This document shows, one piece after another, positions 1 to 15,520 of a DNA stretch of 64,000 nucleotides. A program made the position numbers and the translations under genes. Numbering within the stretch: the first letter of the stretch is position 1; each line of letters starts with the position of its first letter. A model generated the notes under the pieces. It saw nothing but the letters and a program-made list of their open reading frames with translations, was not told the DNA's origin and made no database searches. Origin of the DNA: Perkinsus chesapeaki ATCC PRA-425 (Eukaryota; Protista; Perkinsozoa); the NCBI GenBank assembly GCA_013115145.1, contig JAAPAO010000135.1, positions 1-64,000 of the forward strand, read 5' to 3'.

Positions 1-1233
1 GAGGTCGAGTGCGAGTGCGTTTTACCCCATGAACCCCTCTACCTGTCGCGTTCACGAGTGATAGCGGATAAGTTCAGTAACTGAGGCAACGAAGGTTGTC
101 GTTGAACGTTGCCAAAGAAATTTCGACATCGAAGTCGATGAAAGGTTGCAGTACACCTCTTATGCTTTGGTCGCAACAACCCGGGTCAGTGAGCTCAGGA
201 GGCGAGCTTACGCGGTTGTCTGCCCGCGGCTTCGTCCGAGTCGGACTGATATAATCATCCGGCATATCTCCTTATTAAGGTATACTTCGTGCCGAATTAT
301 TCAGGGAATCAGGGTAAATCAATTTTGCCGAGCTTCTAGTTCGGTATGGAAATCGTGTATTAAAGTTTGGTGATTGAACTACAATGTATTGTAGTTCTTT
401 GGTGGCCCTTCCTTGGCTGTCTCATACTCATACTCAGACGAGGATACATCGGCGGTGATAGCATAACTCTTGTGCATAATACAACACCCTTGTAATTGAT
501 GGATTAAGAATAGATGATAGTGATAGTAGTATTGAGTTGTTAATGGAGCTATGTACGTGCTCACATATTGAGGGATAGGTAAGAGTTGATAAGATAGCAA
601 GAGGCTACGTATCGGGCGAGTACAGTTCAATTGAATGTATTGATTGTATTCGCATTGAATGTATTAGCATTAACATGTTCAAACTTGTACGCATTCAAGC
701 TTGTATAACCTCTCTTCCGTATTGCATAATTCATGTTAGTGACATATATTGGCAGCTTGTACAGTGACAAAGCGCACAGTGTCAGGCTAAACGTAGGCGC
801 GCGTTATCTTGCTCTCACTTGCTCCTACTCGCATTTTCTCAACGCCTTAAGTCTTGACCAATTAATCTTCCTTACTATTGTTGCTTATAAATGTCGAGCA
901 AGGTGATCGACACGCAAGGTGTTTGGAAGAAAATACGTAATACATAAAGGTGCCCAATCAAATAATCTAATAAAGCCTAAGTGAAACGAAAGTTCGAATG
1001 CGCAAGTTGAGTGCGCACAATACTTTAGTGGGAATTGATGATACGGTCATGAAGAATGGATAAAGTGTTAATAGTAGGAAGGAGTCTGTTATAGGGAATA
1101 TGTTTCTAATGAAAGAACATTAATTTTGTACTTCATATGTACGCATAAAATGCGCAAATTGTGAAATATAACGAAAAGTCAGATTTACATTTTCATAAGA
1201 TTCATTTTTAGACATTTTTGCGGAACAGGACGG

Positions 1234-1758
1234 ATGTTGAGGAATGTTGTATCTGGAGAAAACGTCGACCGGCGAAAATCAACTAATCATTTTCGACAAA
1301 ATTCTGGAAGGGATATTTGCTACAGTTGAGGAAGTTAAGATATAAAATATCTTTTTTAGGGGTTGACGTTTCCGAGGTTGAAGAGTATGACCATAAATCG
1401 ATAAAGCAATCGATAACGGGTGTGGATATCAGTCGGGATAATCTAATAGAAAAGGCTGATGCTTTCAAGGTATCTTAAAATATATATAGTGCGTCGTATG
1501 AGGTTCAAAGATATCTTAAAATCTTTATGGTGCGTCACAACATGCCAAAAGATACGTTTGAGGTTGAAAACGAGTCTACTTCCTCAGAGAAGTATCATCA
1601 AATTTGGAGCTTTCTCCGCCCAGCTTGAGTCCGATTCTGAGATCTCAACGATGCTGGTTCCAGCCGGACAAGAGCTCACCAACGCCTTCGCAGTACTTTG
1701 TGGATTTATGGCGGCTATTGCGCTTGAGGGTAGTAACGGAAGGGAGTCTTCTTATTAA
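1234..1758 (+). CDS. Hypothetical multi-exon protein
   Basis: Open exons VDVSEVEEYDHKSIKQSITGVDISRDNLIEKADAFK (to donor at 1470) and IRLRLKTSLLPQRS...ESSY* (to 1758), with GT/AG boundaries. First exon and start are uncertain; no family recognised. Confidence 0.35.
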
Positions 1759-2448
1759 TTGATTGGGGTGAAGTATTTGTTTTTTTATATTATTAATAAG
1801 GGACTTATTTATTTATACAAATACTAATTTATATTATTAAATAGGAACTATGATCGGAAAGTTTATCTTCGACTTAGATACTGTTTTGTTTAATATCGTA
1901 AAATATGCTTATTGTCGGGGTCAGATATGATATTAATAATAATAGAACTCAATCGTCAGCATATCTTACGACGATGGCAATCATGAATCACATTACGGCG
2001 GACACCTGGCTCATGAACAGAAAATATGTCATCGACTTGTATTATATAACGTTTTGTGCTGGAGGCAGCAGGAATTGTTGAAATTGTAGATGTGTGAAAT
2101 AATAAATAGTGTTGTGCTCCTCCCCTGTCAGGTGGTAAATACCTTGCCTTGGAGGTAGCAAATCTTGGTGATGATATTGATAAGTTGGTTGATAAATTAA
2201 ATACGGAAGCGCTGACTAATAGGGCTGGAGTCAGCAGGGTTTGTAATAAACGGGGAACGCAGTAATGGACGGGCAGACATTTCGATGAACACAATGATTC
2301 TCGAGATGATTATATTTCTGATCTACAATAAAATATTATATGATTCAAAATGATAGAAACAAATTCTTTCTTTTATATTTTGATTATTGGGGATAGATCA
2401 TTCGGATATATAGTTAATATAGATAGTTATTCGGTATGCTCGGCGATA

Positions 2449-3721
2449 ATGGGGGATCGGGCTTTTAGTCTTCACAGTAGGTATACTAAGTTTCGATGTC
2501 CGACCATCCATTCATCTGGCGCACCAAATAATAGTGGGCCACTATTGATGAAAGGTGCGAAGAATTTTATTAAGTGAACGAGATTGTGGGAATGTCAAAC
2601 AGCTTCCGGGAAAATCGGGGAAGTGTCTGGATGTTACATGTGAATTTGGTTTTCTTTTTTTTTGCGAAATGTTATCTAAGTGGTGGAACTGTGTCTCAGG
2701 CGGGGCGTTGTTGGATCGAGTGCAACGTGTTAAGAAAATGTCGATCGATCCGGCAAGTGCTAGCAGGAAAGTTGTTATTGGGAATATTAAATGCGTCAAG
2801 GATGCCAAGGCTGAGCTGGAGGAATCTTTACAGCGCGCTAAAGATAAGAAGGAAGCGGGAGAGGAGGAGGAGGTTGAAGGTGGTAATTGGTGGAGAGAAA
2901 AGATACGTTTGCATCGTGGCAAAATGGGGATTGGTGAATTTTTTTGGTAGAAATTTATTTTTTCTCCGCGAACGTTCAAGAGGCAAACTAGTGGCAAATC
3001 TTTATGGTGCGAAGATCATCAGAGATATCCGGGTCCGGCTCTGGGTGGTCTTCGCAGGAATATGTGATTCCAAGGTTCAATAGGAGTTAATATCAGCAAA
3101 AAAATCCTGCAGTTTTGGACGAAAAATCTTTATAGTGCGAAGATGAGAGATATCTTGTGGTATCTTAGGTTAAGCTCACACTGTACTGCACAGTGTGTGC
3201 AATGTAGAGAATATCTCACTCCAAAATAGTGGAATATTCCTACTGTATCAAATACCTTCTGTGTGGCATCGGCAGGCGTTGGAGATTTGACGGCGCAATC
3301 GTCCTGAATTACCTTGTTGGTTTTTATGCAGTATTTCATTTTTTCGTCCCAGTCGACGGCAGACTTCCTTGAGGAGTTTCCTTTACTTTCAGATGTGGTT
3401 TGCGAAGATCTGGACGATGATTTACTTTTCGAAGGGGGTGATGATGATTTATATCTTTTGGAGAGTGCCGCAGAACTCGAAGCTGCTCTGGGGGATGTAA
3501 TTGAAGAACTGAAAAGTTTGGCGGTGTCGGCGGCAGATGATATCTTAGCGGAGCGAAGCGGAAAATTAGCGTCGAAAATTGATGAGTTGGTTTTGGCGAT
3601 TACGACTGGCAGCGATGATGAGGAAGAATTTGATGATATCTTTGAGGAGCTTGAAAGGGAGGGTTGGAGATTTGGTCATGTTCGGGAAATAGTACGGAGA
3701 GAGATGATATCTTTAGGTTGA
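2449..3721 (+). CDS. GCIP/CCNDBP1-like (Grap2 and cyclin-D-interacting) helical protein; possible 1-nt frameshift at 2735-2738
   Basis: AGRCWIECNVLRK followed by MSIDPASASRKVVIGNIKCVKDAKAELEESL resembles the GCIP pattern VWxACxx...VKDAxEEMEQ. An acidic stretch and SGKLASKIDELVLAI (cf. ISPSVDDLALSI) follow in the last exon 3314-3721. Recognised from memory of the family; start approximate. Confidence 0.5.
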
Positions 3722-4049
3722 GCGAGTAAGATTCATTATAGGTTACTTCACTAACGTTTCTTCGGATTGTTGATGTTGTGTTAATTCTATTGTTTTCAAT
3801 GGGAGGAGAGAAAGAGGAAGAAAGCACCTGCGAAATACGTAGTAAGACTTTATTGACATTTCCTGAGGAAAGATAATTACTGGAATATAGAATTGTGGAA
3901 AAGTGGTGGTGAAACTCGGTCATTGGAGCGAGAAGTTTGAGATAGGTGAATCAGCACAGAAATATCTGTTCGTTGTGGTCGTTATATGACGTCCTGCTAT
4001 TGATACCAGTCATAGTAGGCGTCTTTGAGTAGTAGGTCTTTTGCTCATC

Positions 4050-4900
4050 ATGACAATCGATGACAATCGTCAATACGCGAACGTGATATATGTAAGAACA
4101 AGCCAAATTTTACTGCACTTGTATGATTATATATTATTATTTGTTTTATTCGATACTGCGATCAGTTTTCTGTAAGAAGTTTTCTCACTTCAGCGCCACC
4201 AAAGCATACCCGTGAGTAGTATTAGGTGCTTTCAAATAGGCAGCTACTTCAGCAAGCAGCTTCAGAGGTTTGCCGTCCGCTGCGGCGCTGGATTGCCGGT
4301 GGAAATTGCGTGGTTAATTCTGCATCATTATTGTTATCCTGGTTTCATGACAGGGTGTGGCAAAGTATCTTTCTCGCACCCGGAAGATTTTTGGCTGTAT
4401 TGGGGAATCTTTCGCACTGCAAAATCCGCCCGCAGTTTTCTGTTTAGTTTTTCATGTCTCATCTTCCAGCAGATGCGCACCGGGAAGATTTTTCGGAGGT
4501 CATCGAGCAAATTTATAAGATTCTCGGGAATCGTTCGATTCCAGAAGAGTTGGAAAATCTAAAAACTCAACCGAGGAAATTCAGGAAAAAATTTTCCAAA
4601 ATTTGCGCGGAAAATAATGGTGAAATTTTGCGGGATTTTATGCGAGCGAAAGGAGCTGGTCGAAGAACTTGCCATGGCCTTGTCGATGGAGTGTTTGTAT
4701 TCGAGAGATGGTGCGCTGATTTGGGAATTACTAACATTGATGCTGTTGAGATATACAAAGGTGATAGGATCATGGGGGATAATAGGATTCCATCGAGAAA
4801 TTCAGGAAAGTATTCGGGGGGATTTGTGAGGGTGGGATGGGCTTGTACGGCTAGGAACCTCGAACCATTCAATAGGGTTGCGAGCGGGGAAAAGTGTTAA
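4050..4900 (+). CDS. Hypothetical multi-exon protein
   Basis: Long terminal exon ORF 4454-4900 (DAHREDFSEVIEQIYKIL...GEKC*) preceded by several short GT-AG-bounded exons. No family recognised. Confidence 0.35.
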
Positions 4901-5229
4901 TGAATATTGGTAGCCTTCAATGTGGGCTATTGTCGGGTTTTGCAAGTAAGTGATGGTTCTGTCTTAAATATTGGGTGCAAGCAGCTTGAAGGGGGAGTAG
5001 ACTTTGGTAGACTTGGAAGTAATGTGCTTCATTCACGACTCTGGCGGCAACCACTTTGTCGAAGGGAAATTACCGTTCTCTCTCTGATGAGCATTTAGGT
5101 ATTATTTTTCGAATTTTATCGGGGCGTGGAGTAAAGGGAATCTTGTTAATCGAATTTGAGGTTGGTTAGAGAAATATCCTCACTTCAGGTGAGCATTCTC
5201 ATAAACTACTCCAAGCTTTCCATCAGCTT

Positions 5230-6417
5230 GTGTCATTTGTCCCCCCGGAATCTTCTGAGGTGCATATCCGAGGTTGCGCGTGCTTGGATTGTCGATGGTC
5301 GAGTATGTTGGATCATTACATCACCACAAATTCGATCCTGCCGACTTCGACGATTCAAAGATTGGTTTCGAAGGGAGTGCCGGAAGGAATCCGGGAGGAG
5401 GTTTGGTTTTGGCTGTCGGGTGGCAGCTCGGTCGCACTCGAGAGAAATCCGCACTACAAAGATTTGCTGGATCAAGATGGCGGGTTTGGAGAATTGATAG
5501 ACTTGGATGTCTCCAGAACATTTTGCGAGGAAAAAAATTGGCAGAAAAAAGGCGGAGCGAAGATTTTGAAACGGCTCTTGCGAGCTTACTCGGTGAGGAA
5601 CCCGATGGTGGGTTACTGCCAGGGCATGAGCTATGTCGCGGCATTGCTGATCGATTGCTGTTCGGAAGAAGTGGCGTTCTGCTGCCTATGTGCGTTGATC
5701 GAGGATGGTCCGATGCCGCCGGATTATTATACCAGTTTGAAAGGCGCGGTGGTGGACAGGCTTGTGTTGGAGGAACTGGCTGAGCAGTATCTAAAGGGAT
5801 TATGTGGCGCGCTGGAAAATGAGCAGAGGAGTTTGAGCGAGTTTTCGTTCTTGACTATTCCGTGGTATCTTTGTCTTTTCACGGCGACGCTTCCTGTCGA
5901 TGTTTCCACCCGGATTTGGGACTTTTATCTGGCCAACGGAATGTGCGTAATTTTCCGAGTGTCTCTGGGAATATTGATGGTGGCTCAGGGACCGATAGTT
6001 AGTGGAGAGGACAGCTTGAATGATTTGCGAGATCTGATAGAAAAATCGATAAATGAGCTTGGGGTCTGTGATGTCCCGGATTATTGCACTGCTTTTAATA
6101 AAGTGACGAATACTGTGATTGATGTGATGAGGGAGAGCAAACGGAAGGAGATCGAAAAGGAGGAAGAGGTTGATAGGAAATTCGGGAGAAAAACTGATAA
6201 TATGGATAGGTGTTTTCTCACTGTGAAGGATTCTCCGGAGCCAACTGAGAAGGTTGATGATGACTACTTTCAAGTGGAGAAGCGTCGGGCAGATTCTGGC
6301 GGCAGTAGTGGTCGGAGAGGGGAAAGATTGATGCAGGAATTGGGCGATTTTATGATGGCGACATTCCCGGCGGGCAGACGGAGAAGGAAGGGTGAAAGGA
6401 GATTGCAAAATATGTAA
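5230..6417 (+). CDS. TBC-domain Rab GTPase-activating protein
   Basis: 395-codon uninterrupted ORF with GVPEGIREEVW, Arg finger LIDLDVSRTF, LLRAYS, Gln finger GYCQGMSYVAALL, EEVAF and W(Y)LCLF. The ORF opens at GTG after an AG, so an upstream exon is possible. Confidence 0.95.
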   Translation: MSFVPPESSEVHIRGCACLDCRWSSMLDHYITTNSILPTSTIQRLVSKGVPEGIREEVWFWLSGGSSVALERNPHYKDLLDQDGGFGELIDLDVSRTFCEEKNWQKKGGAKILKRLLRAYSVRNPMVGYCQGMSYVAALLIDCCSEEVAFCCLCALIEDGPMPPDYYTSLKGAVVDRLVLEELAEQYLKGLCGALENEQRSLSEFSFLTIPWYLCLFTATLPVDVSTRIWDFYLANGMCVIFRVSLGILMVAQGPIVSGEDSLNDLRDLIEKSINELGVCDVPDYCTAFNKVTNTVIDVMRESKRKEIEKEEEVDRKFGRKTDNMDRCFLTVKDSPEPTEKVDDDYFQVEKRRADSGGSSGRRGERLMQELGDFMMATFPAGRRRRKGERRLQNM

Positions 6418-6583
6418 AATTTTTGATGAGCTGACGATTTGTGTTTTGAAAAAGATCGGGATATTGCTGAAATTTCAGGCGGGGGGGGATTTCTCGGGAA
6501 AAATTCAATAGTTTCTCAATTTTGGTGGACGGGAATTTTTTCATGGGAAATTACCGCATTTGGAATTCTCTCGGGTGAGTCTG

Positions 6584-6859
6584 GCGTATCTTTCAAGGAC
6601 CTTGAGGATCTTTCAAGGTGGAGCGTATCTTTCAAGCGTATCTTTCAAGTNNNNNNNNNNNNNNNNNNNNNNNNNNNNNNNNNNNNNNNNNNNNNNNNNN
6701 NNNNNNNNNNNNNNNNNNNNNNNNNNNNNNNNNNNNNNNNNNNNNNAAGGTTGAGCGTATCTTTCAAGGTTGAGCGTATCTTTCAAGGTTGAGCGTATCT
6801 TTCAAGGTTGAGCGTATCTTTCAAGGTTGAGCGTATCTTACAAGGTTGAGCGTATCTTT
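6584..6859. repeat. 19-bp minisatellite (AAGGTTGAGCGTATCTTTC)n spanning an assembly gap
   Basis: About 6 near-perfect units at 6747-6859 and degenerate units at 6584-6650, on either side of the N run. Confidence 0.95.
6651..6746. other. Assembly gap (96 N)
   Basis: Run of N in the sequence. Confidence 1.
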
Positions 6860-6868
6860 TGCATTTTT

Positions 6869-11310
<4,442 letters not shown>

Positions 11311-11850
11311 TAAAGTTTAATACCACATTTTCTAACGTGATGAGTATATTGAGCATTGCTTCCAATAAAGATATTGTCTTGTTCACGGCGTGAACTTCAC
11401 GCGTTCTACAAGTTCTGTGAAAGTTAGATCAGAGACTACTGCAGCAGTGGACTCAATGATGGGACCTGACAGCGCGCGCCAGAGTTGCGTCGACAGACAT
11501 GGTGCAGCCTGGGGTGCTTCAAGCCATTAAACTAGGACAGTTACAGCAGCTGTGGTTGTCGATCAAGTATAATCATCGATTCGACTCGTATCGTTTAGTG
11601 ACGCTTGTCAATTGTACGTGTCTATATCTTGACAAGCGTGTGGCATGGGAATGCCAAGTTAAGAAGATGGTGAATTGCTCGGCTATGTCTCTGTCTCTGA
11701 GGAGAAGATAACTTGCACATCCTTAAGGTACAAGTCTCTCGCACTCTTTCGCTCGCCCCTCCTTCTCGAGCATGGAATCGTCCAAAAAGGAGACTGCAGT
11801 TTCTGTGAAGGGTGTTGTTATATTACGAAGCACTGTACTGGTAGTGTTTT

Positions 11851-13238
11851 ATGCCCTCGATGTCGGTGGATTCATTTGCCAAATCTAACAGGCTCGTATA
11901 CTTCATCCTCGGCCTCCTGGTGTATGAATGTGATGCTATAACTTCCGGAGCGGCAAATCGTGTTTTAGGTCAAGAAAGATCAATGGTGGTATCTTCTGCC
12001 ACCCCTTTGAATCATTTCCTACCTTTTCAGAAACCAGAATACAAGACAACTTCGACCTCAAACGGCACCGCATCCACACAAGTACGGTTGCTATTCCTTC
12101 AACTATCTGTGGTTCGCATTATCGTTCAGATCACTTACGGCAAGTTTGCTGGCGAGCTCGTAGAACTATCCCTCGCGAAGAACTTCGAGAAGCCGTAAGC
12201 TCTACAAGTCGAACTTCCCCTTTCCTTGGTCTTACTGTCCTCAAACCATTCAATCGAGTGGTGCGAAGAACAGACTTGCAAGTTTACTCGCTAAGGAAGT
12301 CAACCGCTTGGATTTAATTTTGTTGTTCTTCTCTATTGCATCCGAGCTTCAGTATGTCTGATAACCTTGATTAAAAGTAGTAGCAGGTCCCCGTCGAGAA
12401 ACTCACTACAGCATGATCAAGTATGGTTGGTGGATGAAGATTCATTAAGACAACTATCTTCTCCAGTTTTTGTACAATATACACAAAAGCATAAAGGGCC
12501 ATTGTCTTTGGGAAAGCTTTCCATGGAGAAGACCTTCGAGAGTTACCTCCAAGCAGTGAAGAAGAAAGGAAGACAATTTCCTGGATGCTCCATCGAAATG
12601 AATCTTAGAACGAAGTCTGTGACAGGCCTTCGATACACCGCACATGGGGCTCCTCGAGTCAGCACTTCTCTAAGGGTAGCTTACTGCACTGTCAAACGGT
12701 CTATTTAGCCCAACTATGTCAGGAAACCGCTTCACTCAGGATGAATCTGACGATGAGGAATCCTTCGGGAGGCCTTAAGATGTCTAGTTTGGAGTTAAAA
12801 CTCTTTTGGCCAGACGAGTAAGTTACAACGATTCAAAAATCTCTCCTTCGCCCCTTGCCACGCAGTGTCTGAGTTGATTTATGAGTTTTGTTATTTTTCT
12901 GTAGGAGCCCATCGGAGCCTCATTTGAATAGAAGTGTTCTGCTCGATATTGAGTCGACAGGTCGTCGTGAGATACCCGCTGAGCAGCTTCGCGGTATCAC
13001 CAAAGAAAAGTTGGAAATGGCTTGTTTAGTATTCGCTTTCGGAAAACCCGAAGAAAAAACGATTGAGGAGATGAGACTTAGAAAGAAAAAGATACAACAA
13101 TTGTTCGGCATTTCTTTCCAACCTACTGAAGATTCTCGTGAAATGCTCCTCGAATCCTTCTCCGTCTACTATCATCTAGCTAACAGTGACGATGTCGAGG
13201 GCAGATTGATTCGACCTTCGATCAAGAGGTCCGAATGA
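11851..13238 (+). CDS. Secreted orphan protein, family A copy 1 (multi-exon)
   Basis: Signal-peptide-like RLVYFILGLLVYECDA/ITS. Exon-by-exon similarity to 24116-25662 (QVWLVDED/QVSLVNED, LGKLSM/LGRLSM, YLQAV/YLKAV, YHLAN). Confidence 0.6.
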
Positions 13239-13785
13239 TGAGTGTCCATGATGATGTGATATACACAGATGTGACGTTAATGCAAGTTTGAGCGTCCTGT
13301 GTTGAAGTTGACCATCTGTTATTCCACTTAATATTCACTCATTCATAATTATTTATTTTATATTTCTTGCTTATCTCAGCAAACCGATAAATTTTATCGT
13401 TCTATTTACAAACGACACTAACGTGAAGCCGACAGTCAATAAAAGAATGACCATCAATTAAAAATCATCGATTTTGAAGCAATCAAATTAATTAATCAAA
13501 ATCATCATTATCAAAAATTATCATTATTAAGATTTTGTCACTTCAAGTGACGGGAAAATGTGAAGTTGTCTTACTCCATGTCGACAGCTGTTGAAATAGA
13601 CTCACGTTTATTCGCTTTCGTTGGATACTCTTATGGGTCTCCCTTCTCGCTTAGCGGCCTATCATCGTTGCCTTAAAGAAAGTATTCGAGCAAACGAAAC
13701 GATCTAGGCTGCCACAGAAGAGGGGTTGATAAAGCGTTGTCTTGCACGTGCGTGCAAATATCTTGTGCAATTTTGTTGTAGACAA

Positions 13786-15040
13786 ATGCGACTTCTTATA
13801 AATGTTATTTGGTTTGGCCTTGAGGTTGGCAGTTCATCACCAACAATCGAACAGGAGGTTGCCATTTCTGAAGCATTCCCAGATCGAGTCTGTTTGCAAT
13901 CAGGTAAGTTCTCATCGTCCCGCTGCTGTACCATATTGCATTCCTGTTCCGTAAGTCTCGCCAGTTTCGCGCAAACAGAATACGAGCTGGATTGTCATAG
14001 CACAAAATGGTCTGATGATCCTGCTCGAGTAGGGTTTGGGTTGTTGTTTAGCTTTCATGCCACTCTCACATCGTCACTCTACTTGTTAACCTTCAGCAAC
14101 TAGATATGAAGTTGATAAATCATTTTATTAGTATTACTAAAGCAACTTCTAGTTCCATATGCGCATTCAGAGTCTGAATGCGCATTTGTGAATTGCCGTC
14201 TGAATTTCAGACAATAAGCGCAGGACGGAGACAATTGTTGTGTCATCACGAACTGCATGGGAATACTAGTATCATTGTATTTATTATTGTATTTAGCCAC
14301 GAAATCGAATGGCATCTACGAAGCTGATGAACCTGGTTGGATTGTCGTCGGCTCCGAACTGTATGCGAAGTTACTTCAACAAGCGATGGTGAGATCATCA
14401 GAAATTTGCCCAAAATATAGTATTATGCATTCCGAGCGTGTACCCAAATATATAGCATGTACAGTGGCACCACCTAGGAGGTCCGCTTGACTCTCCGTTC
14501 AACACTGATCATCAGTGGCTGCCGCCAAATCTATGTCAACTGAGAACATGTTGAAGCTCTCATGATAGCGTGGAGGTTTCGGTTGAAAGATTGACAAAGA
14601 GGCTCAGGAATTGGGTCTCATAATGAAAGACATGAACCAATTATGGCGCGAATTTATGATGAAAGTTTCACCACATTGAATCAAGTTTAGATCGAGTAAT
14701 GGTGAAGCATCAAGTAGACGAAATGGCCAATTTTCCGAGTATACAAGCTTTCTATGATCGATGCTAAGCAGAGATTGTCGAAAGGGCAACTTTCAGGGGC
14801 ATAAAAATAACAGCTCAAATGGGAAAGCCTGTTGGGGGTATTCCCACTTTGCGTGCAACTCAGCTCTCCGCGGAGGCGCAACATGACAGAGTTATACAAC
14901 AACTTGCAGCAGAACTCACCGATCATGGAAAAACGGGAAACGAAATGAGCGGAGCGATGCAAGGAATTAGTAAACCAGTAAATACAAAGAATGTTGGAGA
15001 AGCTGAAAAGACTGAGGGGCAACATTTTCCTATCATGTAG
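13786..15040 (+). CDS. Hypothetical, possibly secreted, multi-exon protein
   Basis: MRLLINVIWFGLEVGSS... N-terminus with donor GTAAGT near 13903. Further open exons SLASFAQTEYELDCHSTKWSDDPAR, YEADEPGWIVVGSELYAKLLQQAM and 14819-15040. Linkage of the exons is inferred. Confidence 0.35.
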
Positions 15041-15520
15041 GCATTCAATTGGCCTTAGAATTCAATTCAGTATGGAGTTCAAGGCGGAAATGTGAGTCCC
15101 ACCGTTCCGCCATTTTGTTAGACTATTGAGTATCGATAATACTTTATATCAACATCTGTTCTTATAATCATCCTAAATAAGATAACTCGATATGCGCACT
15201 ATACAATCGATAATATTCAACATTAAGCGATTACTGTGATATCGACTATATAATATGTCTATTGGTATATAAACGTAACTCAGTGTGACAGATGTGAGGA
15301 GGAGCACTAGTTCTTCTTCACGATGCGCTCGCTGTTACACGTTTAAATTTGGGAAAATCGAGCGCATGTTGTCGATGGCAAGTTGGGCCTCTCGGTGGTA
15401 ACTATCAAATTAGTGACGTATAAGAAACAGCCGTTGCAAATGAAATAGGATATATCTCTTCCAATCATCCCTGGTTGACTACCGAGGAGTCTGAAACTTG
15501 ATAGATCAGTAATACAGCAG

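Noticed and set aside
1-400. Possible gene end at the window start
   Set aside because: All frames are short, with no recognisable motif.
5800-6408. Long antisense or alternative-frame ORFs (5800-6408 -, 46492-46902 +, 53937-54485 -, 55449-55850 +)
   Set aside because: They are shadows of genuine coding regions or intron read-through, with no independent protein signal.
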